From the NCBI GenBank assembly GCA_014728035.1, contig WJMJ01000127.1, forward strand, positions 1 through 12,349: a stretch of 12,349 nt of DNA. Reading direction: 5' to 3'. Below the pieces are notes generated by a model, which saw only the letters and a list, made by a program, of their open reading frames with translations, did no database searches and was not told the origin of the DNA. This DNA comes from Promethearchaeota archaeon (GTDB lineage Archaea; Asgardarchaeota; Thorarchaeia; Thorarchaeales; Thorarchaeaceae). Position numbers and translations under genes: made by a program. Shown piece by piece: positions 1 through 10,800 of the stretch; the stretch's first letter is position 1; each line of letters opens with the position of its first letter.

Positions 1-207
1 AACCCCACTTTAGACAAAGATACCATAAGGGGCATTTTTGGAGTCCTGGTAAATTCTACAGGACCGTGGGTGACGCGGATGTAGAAACAGTAATACAATA
101 CGTCCGTGAACATCAACCCCAACAAACCAGCTTGGATATTTTATCCTACGACAACCAACCGGGCTTCGTAAAAGAAGCTCCGGCATTCATGCCGGAGAGA
201 ACGTCAC
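1..207 (+). mobile_element. Right-hand part of an IS200/IS605-family insertion sequence
   Basis: The tnpA C-terminus is followed by a subterminal palindrome and a terminal TCAC. The sequence turns AT-rich immediately after 207. Confidence 0.85.
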
Positions 208-251
208 AAACCACTCATAAAAAATATTATTATAAAATTATCAATATTTAA
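3..251 (+). CDS. tnpA: IS200/IS605-family Y1 (HUH) transposase TnpA, C-terminal part (5' truncated by window)
   Basis: The frame is open from nt 3: PHFRQRYHKGHFWSPGKFYRTVGDADVETVIQYVREHQ. This matches the TnpA C-terminal pattern (F/L)W(S/T)xxYFxxSVG...(I/V)xxY(I/V)xxQ, with the candidate catalytic Tyr at 99-101. The track's start at 66 is an internal GTG. Confidence 0.9.
   Translation, partial: PHFRQRYHKGHFWSPGKFYRTVGDADVETVIQYVREHQPQQTSLDILSYDNQPGFVKEAPAFMPERTSQTTHKKYYYKIINI
174..207 (+). repeat. IS right end: guide GAAG (174-177), hairpin CTCCGGCAT-TC-ATGCCGGAG (178-197), cleavage tetranucleotide TCAC (204-207)
   Basis: A perfect 9-bp inverted repeat is visible. GAAG/TCAC follows the guide-to-cleavage-site pairing known from IS608 (AAAG/TTAC and GAAT/TCAA). 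Confidence 0.85.
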
Positions 252-254
252 ATA
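221..254 (+). promoter_or_regulatory. Candidate archaeal TATA-type promoter region
   Basis: TTATAAAA at 230-237 and TTTAAATA at 247-254. The tract is AT-rich, so specificity is weak. Confidence 0.3.
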
Positions 255-264
255 GGAGGTGGGT

Positions 265-291
265 ATGTACATGATACTGTATTTTTTATAA
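265..291 (+). CDS. Possible 8-aa leader mini-ORF MYMILYFL
   Basis: AGGAGGTG at 254-261, in-frame ATGs at 265 and 271, and TAA at 289-291 just before the next Shine-Dalgarno site. Confidence 0.3.
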   Translation: MYMILYFL

Positions 292-293
292 CA

Positions 294-300
294 GGGAGGA
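294..300 (+). promoter_or_regulatory. Shine-Dalgarno site for ATG 308
   Basis: GGGAGGA ending 7 nt before the ATG. Confidence 0.75.
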
Positions 301-1225
301 AAATATTATGAAAAAACCAATTCGAAAAAAAATGTTCTTACTTACAACAGTAATTCTTCTGTTGTTAAACACTCCAGCCATCTACGCATACACTACCTAA
401 CAATCAACCACACAAATCATACCACAAAAACAAACTCCAACTAACCAACCCATACACTACAATGGCGCCATTATCAACCCCTGTAACAAAGATACTATCA
501 CCATGAACATGTTTTCAACAGAAACACCCCTGCCAGAGTTCATGGAAGAAGAAACCGGGCATCCTGACTTTGCAGAACTACTCAATCCCGAACAACCATT
601 CCACATACGACTCTCATATCTCACCTATCAAAGCCAATTCAATCTCAACCTCGAAGATTTCAATTATGACGAAACAACACAACGATACCACTACCAACTC
701 GGGGAACCATATACTTTTCTCAACGATGGCATCACTCTAGCAGTACTTGATTCTCTACACGTAATCTTCAAACTCTCATCACCATATGACATCTACTACC
801 AATATGTTTTAGAAACCACGCCATTTGAATGGGATGAACACAACCACATGCGATGCGAAATATACGCCTCCCCACTTCTTATACCCGAAGGAGAGTATCT
901 CGGACGTATTCTCACTTGTGAGGGGGCAGGAGAAAATCGAGACGACTTCGACGAATTTCTTTTAAAACAGGCACTAGACAACACTGGATCACCAACAGAT
1001 TCAATGGTAGAATTCAACACCTCAGCAGGTATTTTCCAACGAGGATTTCAACTTCTCAGTTGTGATAGTGATGGCTGCTCATTAAGTGTTTCCTTCCAAT
1101 ACCCCTTACCACCAGAATACTTTCCCATCGAAGGAACAATCGACAGCATCTGGATAACTTCAGGATGGGAAGGATCACCCGGAGATGTCTTTGGCAGTTT
1201 ACAAAAATTTACTGCTGAACCAGAA

Positions 1226-1513
1226 AACCTTCCACCAGAAACACCACAACAACCACAAGGACAACACGAAATTATCGTTGGAGATTAAGTAACATTTACC
1301 ACGCAAACAACAGATCCCAACGAGGATCAACTCTATTACAAATGGGAGCTTCCATCAACTACAACAGATTGGATAGGACCCTACGACAGTGGCGAAACAG
1401 CAATGATTTATACCACATGCACACAAAGAGGATTCTACCCTATCAAAGTCAAAGCAAAAGACAGCTATGACCAACAGAGTAGTTGGTCAGAATCACTCCA
1501 AATTCATGTCATC
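1226..1513 (+). other. PKD/Ig-like domain of the style common in Thermoplasmatota secreted proteins (split by TAA 1286)
   Basis: Motifs PPETP..P.G, TTDPNEDQLYY.W, WIGPY.SGE, KVKAKD and S.WS..L. Confidence 0.75.
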
Positions 1514-1516
1514 ATG

Positions 1517-1697
1517 CTTGGGGATATGAATGATGATGGTGCGATAAATGGTATTGATATTGAACCGTTTGTAATGGCATTAACCAACCCGCAAGACTAT
1601 CAACAACAATTTGAAATGAATCCGCACCTTGTTGGAGATATAAATGGAGATGGTATTCTCAACGCTATGGACATTGATCCCTTTGTTGACTTGTTAT
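1517..1697 (+). other. Dockerin type I-like domain (two Ca-binding loop-helix repeats)
   Basis: GDMNDDGAINGIDIEPFVMAL ... GDINGDGILNAMDIDPFVDLL. Confidence 0.85.
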
Positions 1698-1720
1698 ACC
1701 ATCATCTCAAAATCTAACAC

Positions 1721-1743
1721 TTTCCTTCTTATATTTTTTTTTT
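1721..1743 (+). terminator. Oligo-T (archaeal-type) terminator
   Basis: Pyrimidine tract and a T10 run (1734-1743) just after the stop at 1717, with no GC-rich hairpin. More T runs follow at about 1765-1785. Confidence 0.6.
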
Positions 1744-1798
1744 GGAAAGAATTGGAACAAAATATTTTTTTTAAATTTTTATTTTAACATTTATCATT

Positions 1799-1813
1799 AA
1801 AAAAATATAAATA
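1799..1813 (+). promoter_or_regulatory. Candidate BRE/TATA promoter for the giant gene
   Basis: An A run (1799-1805) followed by TATAAATA (1806-1813), about 50 nt upstream of ATG 1863. Confidence 0.5.
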
Positions 1814-1839
1814 CGAATAAACAATTACTCATCTAACTC

Positions 1840-1859
1840 TTTCTACGGGGAGGTAGAAA
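1840..1859 (+). promoter_or_regulatory. Shine-Dalgarno GGAGGT (1849-1854) embedded in a 7-bp hairpin
   Basis: TTTCTAC (1840-1846), loop GGGGAG, GTAGAAA (1853-1859); ATG at 1863. Confidence 0.65.
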
Positions 1860-1862
1860 AGG

Positions 1863-4800
1863 ATGAATAAACCTTATGCAAAATATGTTCTAGTTGTAGT
1901 AATACTGCTTCTGTTGAGTAGCATCGGAACTGCACCTCTACTTGCAAAGCAAAAAGGTCTAACCGAAACTCATCAACAAAGTAATGAAGAAACTGACAAC
2001 TCTGATTGTTTCTGTGATTATCAACAAAATGAACAAATTCTCAAAGAGGGTAATCAACCATTGATGACCTCAGCTGAAGATGAAGAACCTGTTTTTGGTA
2101 ATCGATATGAATTCAATGAATTCACCATCGTCGATGGATGGGCCAATGATGATTTTCTCGAATACAAAATCACCTGTGACTCAAACGAATACGGAGATAC
2201 CATCGTGGTACATCTTCAAACAGGTCTTGCAGAGGATCTAACCACCATTGATTACCATGATTATATCAACATCACACTTGTTGGAGAATATGATGATGGA
2301 GATGAACTCCAAGGAATACAAGAACACTATCGACTTAACAACAATAACCAACAAGATGTTCAAGGTTTATCTGATAGTATCTATATTTCCTACGTGCCAC
2401 TTGAACTTGAAGAAATCTATATTCTTCTGAAAGCCACAGACTCAACACCATTCTTAACAGAAGGAACATGGGTAGAAATCCGCGATAGTGATGAAGATAT
2501 CCAAATCTATCAACAAGCAGGAGATTGTTCATTTAATGACAATCTAGATGCATACCAAGATGGAAAAGGGCTAGGAAGTCTCGGACAAGCTTGGGCTTTT
2601 GCAGATGGCTATCACCTTTCCTATAAAAACTTCCTTCGCTACCGTACCGATGTCTCGATGTACAACTACAAAGGTTTTTCACCATTGAAAAACACTGGAC
2701 AACGAAAAGCAGATATCTTCTGCGGGGTCTCCTGGGCAGGCACCTGTGACGTCAACTCCGTCTGGCCAACAGGATGCGGAGACTGGGGCTACCATATTGG
2801 AACAGGTCTCTCTACAGAAACACCGCTGTATGGGAACAAAATCGCTTGTCAACGGCTAGCTAAAGACGGAACTAGTCTTGAAGAAGATTTCATGGAAAAC
2901 GTAGCTGAAACCCTTCTCATTGATGTCATCCCAGAACTCGCCGAAGAACTTGCAGGAGAAGCAATCCTCCCACCATTTGCAGGAGAAATTTTCACCATAT
3001 TACAATTCACCATCATGATGTTTGACACCGATGAATCTGTCTCGGGAAGCAGAATCATCAAATACGAAGATGTGCCCCTAGAACCAGATGAATACTACAG
3101 CCTTTGGACAAAACTCACGCTTATGGCGCGAGCTGGAGGAACTGCAAGCTCCTATGTGAATTTCAAATATAGTAACGATCCCTTTATTACTGAATCCAAG
3201 GAAAATAAACATCAAAAAGGAGCATGGCTGCATAACATTCTCATATACTATCACCCTGAGGATGCACCTGTTATTGAGTTACAAAAACCACAAGAACACA
3301 CGCTACTTGCAAAAGATAATTCCATACAATTTAAAACACGGGCAACTGGTGGAACCGCACCGTATACCATTAAACTAGAACAAAAAACCAAAAACCAAAC
3401 CGGTCACACCATTGCAACTACCACCCTTAACACCTGGAATACTATCCAAGATGGAACCACTCTCACATATTATACCAGTACTCTACCTGTAGGAGAACAT
3501 TTGATAGTAGTCACAGTCACTGATAGCAACGGAGCCATTGATTCAGACTATGAAGTTATTGAAATCTTAGAACCGCCTGAAACCCCAACCATAGAAATAT
3601 CCATACCAAAAGCCCATGTGTACGATCCATACCTGCTTCGATGGAGCAAAGAAAACCGGGCAGTGGAATATGAAATCAAAGAATCAACTGATGGTGGAAG
3701 CACCTGGCAAAGCATCTCAACCCAAAACTGGAATTTCACGCCACTAGTCCAAACTACTTTTGGAACCTACCAATACCAAGTTAAAGCCTATGATAAAATT
3801 GGACAACCCAGCCCTAGCTGGAGCAACATTGTCTCCATCACTATACAGTCAAAACCACTCAGCGCACCTCTTGTTAAAAACATGTCCTCAAGTCATGGTT
3901 CAGGTCAAAAATATGGTCTCCAATGGGAATATTTGCCCCTAACCGCTGGATACGAAGTGGAAGAATACCAATGGTTTAATGTAACCTCAGCAACTGAAGA
4001 CACCATTGAACGAAAACTGATACAAAACATCAGTTTTGGTCCACACCATGAAGACGAACGCATTCAAGTGTATTATGATACTGAATACAATAAGACCTTT
4101 GTAAAATTCAAAACCATCAATTTCACCCACTCAATCACTGAGAAAACCACGTATGAATATCGCGTAGCAGGAAGAAAAGCAGATGGCACTTTGGGTAACT
4201 GGAGTCGACGGCAAACCACAGAAATCATTCCACCTCCACAGAGTGCTCCACGACTACTTCATTTCACCAACTCAGTAGCAAAAAATGTGTATTATTCATT
4301 ATATTGGATGGGTAGGGTCAGTGATGCAGAATGGTATCGTATTGAAGAAGACACATCTACCTCCTTCAATCCCTCAAGTCCAAATTATACCCAACGACTT
4401 GCAGGTTCACTCGCTGAAGGTGTTACCTTTTACCACGTGCCCCCAAGTACAACTACCTATTATTATCGAATAAGAGCCGAAAACGCTGGAGGTCCCGGAC
4501 CGTGGAGTAACGTTGTCAACCGCACGATTACCGTTAACGCCAAACCTGAAAAACCCATCCTACACGCATCCTCCTTAGTCGTATCTTCTGGTGAACCATT
4601 CAATCTCAGTTGGAATGCAGTAAATGGTGAACGAGGATACCTCTTGGATGAATCAAAACATGGGCCTTACAACTTTACACAAAACGACCTCTGGGGAGTG
4701 GGTCATTATAGTAAAAAGATTGTGAAAACCTGTGAGGATTCCACTGAGTATTCCTATCGAGTTCGAAGTTTTAGTCCAGATGGAGGATACGGTGATTGGA

Positions 4801-7800
4801 GTAATATTGTTACTGTTCTTGTCATTGGTACGAAAGCACCAGAGACACCAGTATTATATGATCCAGGTCGATTTAGTGCCAGTCATCAGGCATATGATCT
4901 TGAATGGAAGGTCACCACAGATAATGCGTATATTTTCATTGAGGAAGACACTGATTCATCGTTTTCAAATCCTTATCGATGGGGTTCAGTTGACAGCTCG
5001 GATACAAAACTTTCTGATACCCATTCAAAAATAACCAAGACTGAATCGGAATCCGCGAATTATTATTATCGTATACGGGTGAAAAATGGTCATGGTTATT
5101 CACACTGGAGCAACATTGTTTCCATGCAAATACTCGTACCAGATTGCGACCAATTAGGGTGGTCAATACCAGTAGCTCCACCCGTGATCACAACACCTGC
5201 GCCATTTGCAACAATCAACTCTTCTCAACCCTTTTGGATCAATTGGACTTCAGTTCTTGATGCTTCTTTTTACATTCTTGAGGAAGGAGAATTTTATGGT
5301 GGAATCTGTCAATTCAGTGGCAATGAAGTTTACAACGGACCAAACACCAGTGTACAACTTATGCGACCACAATCCATGATGAATACGCTCTGTTATCGCG
5401 TGAAAGCAGGTAACCTCTGTGGTTTAACTGGTTTCGATTCAGTACTTCCATCAATTCAACTTACCCTTATTCCAATTGGTGGAGGTGGAGGAAGCTCAGG
5501 AGATGGAGAACCACATGATGACTCCGGACAATTTGGCACTATCATAGATCTTTTCCATGGTTCATTTGCAGGAATCCAACGACTGGAGGAAAAACTCACT
5601 GACCCTCAGTTTGGTCATCTCATTGAAAACCGGTTTGACTCCATTGATGTTGATGGTAGTGACGGTCAAGATCAAGAAGGAGAACATGGATTCATTGACC
5701 GATTAGGCACGATTATCCGAGATTTCAATGGTGACAATACCCTTGACCTCATCAAAATTGAAGCAGGAGGCATCGTCAAGGTGCTAGATGAAACAGGGTC
5801 CACCATTGTCGAATTATCCGGTATCGGATCACCCTCAGGTGTATGTACCGGTGATTACGATGGAGATGAGCAAGTAGATTTACTAGTTTCTAACTATGAC
5901 GATGACACCGTTGTAGTCTATGATGCATCTGGTACCCTAATTGATATGATTACAACAGGTGTTCAAACACCTCAAGGAGTTGCCTTTGGAGATTACAACA
6001 ACGATGGGGTTAACGATGTAGCCATTGCACAGGGAAGCACAGGAACCGTAAGCATCAGAAGTGTCACTGGTGCGTTTATCCGAAATATTACCCAACTTGA
6101 TCACCCACAAGCAGTATGCATACAGGATTACAATGGTGATGGATACCAGGATCTTTTGGTCACGTGTGCTGACAACTCACAGGAAGTATTCTTTGGTACG
6201 GTCGACCAACCGGGTTACCTATACAATGTCACCACTTATGATCCGTACAACACTATAATAAATGACACTGCAAGAAACCTTCCACTTCCTTGGAAAAGTC
6301 AACTGGATATGTGTGAGGTCTACTATGAACAAGTCCTTATCAAACTCATGGGCTCACTAGGAACTGAAGTAGGTGATTTCAACAATGATGGAGTATTAGA
6401 ATTAGCCGTTGTCGAAGGACCAGAGGTCCTCATTTATGACAAAGACGGCAGTATCCTACAAATCTATGCAGGTCTTCCCGCGCTCCCAAGAGATGTAGCC
6501 CTCGGTGATCTCACAGGTAATGATGAATGCAACGTAGCCATCACCATGGAAAACAATGAAATCATTGTGTTCGATAATCAAGGAATTCCTGTTGACATCC
6601 TCACTGGTTTTGAAGACCCTCGTGGCATTGACATTGGTGATTGGAATGGCGATCAACAAAACGAGTTTATCGTAGCACAAGCCGACAGAATCACTATTGA
6701 AACCATGAACACAATGCTTGAAGAAATCACGGGGGTAGTAAATCCACAAGGAGCTTATATCCAGCCTGGTGAAGGTGGAAATGAAAGCATTGCCTATGCT
6801 GCATGGCTAGAAGATTGGAATGATAATACACCACATATCGGCATCCGCTATCAACAAAGCCCACCATATCAACCCCATACGCCATCACCCTCCGATGAGA
6901 CCAAACAGGTATCATTACACCCATCCCTATGTTGGACCGGTGGGGACCCTGATGATAGTGTACTCTACAATATTGCTGTGGGTGACCAATTTACCTTAGA
7001 AACCATTACATCTGACTTATCAGAAACCACTTATCCATTGGCAGATCTAGAACTCAACACTTCCTACTACTGGCAAATCACCGCACATGATGCACAAGGG
7101 CATACTATAAGCAGTCCACTGTGGAAATTCACCACACGATCAAACACTGCACCGGATACACCACATACTCCGTTACCATCCAATGAAGCCATAACAGTAC
7201 CGGTATCCTCTGAAATAAGCTGGAGTTGCAGTGACCCAGAAGATGATAATCTCATCTATGATGTATACCTAGGTACACATCCAACGATGTTAACCCAAGT
7301 ACAATCACAAAGCTCTGTCATGAATTATAATCCGAGCATCTTAGAATATGATACCACATACTATTGGAAAGTTATTGCCCAAGATTCCTTTGGATACACA
7401 ACTTCTAGTCCCTTATGGAGTTTCACCACCGGACAACCAGAATCCATCATCCCTGTCGGATACTGGCGATTCAACGAGGGAACTGGATCAACCACTGAGG
7501 ATGAAACCACCTATGACAACCAGGGAACACTGAATGGAGCCACCTGGACGCCACGAGGAGATGACTATGCTTTACACTTTGATGGAAATGCAGATGTCAC
7601 CGTATCACATAATGATAGCATTGATATAACTGAACCATTCACGGTAGAAGCATGGATCAAACTCACTGGTTCAAATCCAAATTATGCCATTGTTGACAAA
7701 TACCAATACATCAGTGGAAGTGATGAACGCGGATTCACCTTTTATGTTTCAAATGGAAAACTAAGATTGTCTGTGTACTCTGAGGGCACTCAAGATGGAG

Positions 7801-10800
7801 CTATGGGCACGAGTGAACTCCGTGATGATACTTGGCATCATGTGAAAGCAGTTTGTACTGGAAATCAAATTTTATTATATGTTGATGGAGGCCTAGAAAT
7901 AGAAACCTCATCAACGCTTCTTCCACTTTCAACAACCAATCACCTCGGTATTGGTAAACGACTCTGTGGATGGGGAGGATACATGCCATTCTTTGGAGAT
8001 ATTGACAATGTTCGTCTTACTAGAATAAACAATCCACCTGCTACGCCATCGAACCCCACACCACTTCATGGAGCATCAGAAATTCCAGTGGATATCACAT
8101 TGAGTTGGGTGTGTTCAGATACTGACTATAGTGATCAAATTACCTATAACGTCTACTTTGGAACATCACAACCACTGCAATTGTATGCACTTAACCATCC
8201 ACTCACCAGTGTCAATTTACCAACACTTCACTATGATACTACTTATCAATGGCAAGTCATTGCTAAAGACAGTTATGGTGCAACAACTCCAGGACCACTT
8301 TGGCAGTTTACCACAGAATTTCCAACATCTCCACCCGATATTGTGTATGTCGATGATGACTACCATGATGGAGGGGACAATGATGGTCACCTCTGGGGAT
8401 ATGATGCCTTTGACAGCATACAAACAGGAATAAACGCAGTCAATGCTTCAGGTCTTGTTACTGTGCTTTCAGGATTGTATCAAGAACAAGTCACCATCGA
8501 CAAACCAGTCACCTTGTTTGGTGAAGATAAAGACACGGTGATAATTGATGGACAAAACAATGGTAATGTACTGATCTCTACAGCTGATCATGTAGACCTT
8601 AGCCAGTTAACCATTTTAAATGCTGGAACAGAATATAGCGGAGTTGTCCTTGATGGAACCAACAACAACACCCTATCCGATTTAGCACTCACTGGAAACG
8701 GAAATGGTATCCTTCTGCAAGGATCTTCATATACTCAGATCTCTGATATTTATGCCTATGAAAACTCAGATGATGGCATAGAACTCTATCAAGGATCCAA
8801 TTACAACACCATTGAAAATAGTACGTTTTATGAAAACGGAGCAGCAGTATTCATCTATACTAGTCAATATAACATTGTTCAATACAATACCATCATCAAT
8901 AGTACTGGATTTGGTATACAACTTTATGATGGGGCAGATTACAACACCATCCTACAAAATACAATAACAGGAACTACAAGAGAAATCGATCCAAATGAGC
9001 CTGTGTATGGTGATGCGATATGTCTCTTTTATTATTCCAGTCAACCAATACAAGGATGTCTCATTGAAAACAATGAACTCTCCGATAATATCCGTGGTAT
9101 CACGTTGAGACAAACACAGGATTCAACCATTCGAAACAATATTATCCAAAATAGTACAGAAATAGGAATCAAACTCTACGGCGGAGCAAACAATAATCTC
9201 CTCTATCAAAACATAATACTATATAATTTCATACAAGCAGAGGATGAAGGATCAAACCAATGGGACAACGAGTATCCAAGTGGTGGAAATTTCTGGAGTG
9301 ATTACGCCGGTTTTGATCTATTCCATGGAGCCGACCAATCCGAACCTGGAAGCGATGGCATTGGAGATACACCCTATAATATCAGTGGGGGGTTCAACCA
9401 AGACCGATATCCACAGATGGATGCTTTGTTCACCCCTAACCTATACATAACTACAAATCTAGGAGTTTTCGGGCAATCAACTAATGCAAGTTTTGCGTAT
9501 GGACTCAATGAAAACGGTCAGGTAGTGGGAAGCTCTGGTGAAGAATATGGGTTGCAAGGAGCATTTCATTGGGAAAACGGAGTACTCACACCACTAGGAA
9601 CACTTGGTGGGCTCTGGAGCAGAGCAGAAGCGATTAATGAAACCGGTGCCATCACTGGTAGCTCCCATACTCCACTATGGCGAGTACGCGGATTCATGGA
9701 TGACAACCATCTTATTGAACCATCTGATGAACTCGGTGTCTTACCCAATGGCAACGTCAGCTACGCTCATGATATCAACAACCAAGGATACATCGTTGGA
9801 ACCTCCTATGTAGAACCCCATCAATGGCAACCTCCTCATGCATTTCTTTACCATAACACTACAGGGATGAATGATCTTGGAGTCCTCACGGGATACAACA
9901 GCAGTGTTGCCTACGCAATTAACAACAATAACTGGGTGACAGGAACCTGTGCAATCACCGATGATTATGGCATGCATTCTCAGGGGTTCCTTTGGGAAGA
10001 AACCATGGGGATGATTCCATTAGAAACCCTCCCTGGAACTCTTAATAGTTATGCAAATGACATCAACGACCAAGGACAAATCGTAGGATACTCTCACACT
10101 GATACCACACAACAAGCGTACCTCTGGGAAAACTCCAACGTCATTGAGCTATCTAACCTCGGTGGGCCAAAAATCATTGCTCGAGCCATCAACAACCACG
10201 GACAAATTGTAGGTTCAGCACTCACCAGTGAAGGAGCATTTCATGCAGTTCTTTGGGAAAATGATGAGATTTATGATCTTAACTCACTTCTTCTTCCAGA
10301 TACAGAATGGGAACTCACTGAAGCATATGACATTAACAACAATGGGCAAATAATAGGACATGGGACATACCAAGGCCATGTCAGAGCATTTCTCCTGGAT
10401 CCCTACAGTCAACCACAGGTATGGATCACCGAACCTATGGCCACCAGTTATCTATATGAACCGGAGTGGGAAATTGCAGTGATCACCGAACAAAACATAA
10501 CGGTAAAAGCCAAGGACATCGGCGGCTCACATGATATAGTATCTACCTTATTTGAATACTCTGACGATGGACAAACCTGGTATGAGATAGGTGTGGACAC
10601 CTTTGGAGGTTTTGAAGGAATAATTCATGATGAATATGAACATACCTGGTGGGGACCAAATAACAGAGTTGGCGATGAAGGATGGAGTGTCTTCTGGAAT
10701 ATCACATTATTACCTGAAGGAGATTACTATCTTAAAGCCACCATGACAGATGAGCTTGGAACTACTGGTGAAAACATTAGACCAGTTCATATTGACCGTG

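Larger units (their letters stand above)
308..1717 (+). pseudogene. Secreted protein (signal peptide, unknown acidic domain, PKD-like domain, dockerin type I) interrupted by in-frame TAA at 398-400 and 1286-1288
   Basis: ATG 308, ORF 503-1288 and ORF 1403-1717 share one frame (470 codons including stops). Signal peptide is MKKPIRKKMFLLTTVILLLLNTPAIYA. The PKD-like domain reads straight across the second stop: NLPPETPQQPQG...VGD*VTFTTQTTDPNEDQLYYKW...WIGPYDSGE...IKVKAKD...SSWSESL. Confidence 0.85.

Noticed and set aside
120-225. TnpB omega-RNA with a guide from the flank after 207
   Set aside because: No tnpB is visible and there is little room for a scaffold between the tnpA core and the right end. 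The hairpin is explained by TnpA binding.
398-1288. Genome-wide TAA-to-Gln alternative genetic code
   Set aside because: There is no in-frame TAA in 3495 codons of the adjacent Gln-rich gene, and TAA ends the dockerin gene just ahead of a T-tract terminator.
1840-1859. Resemblance of TTTCTAC...GTAGA to the Cas12a repeat stem
   Set aside because: Single copy, no spacers, no cas genes in the window, and it overlaps an SD.
3684-3710. Asp-box/BNR motif STDGGSTW (and SDDGxTW at about 10560 and 12297) suggesting a sialidase
   Set aside because: These are isolated hairpin motifs within FN3/Ig domains, with no propeller periodicity or sialidase catalytic motifs.
8337-9420. Calling the gene nosD or a pectate lyase
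   Set aside because: It is only one internal beta-helix domain, with no nos cluster context and no lyase catalytic residues that I can identify.
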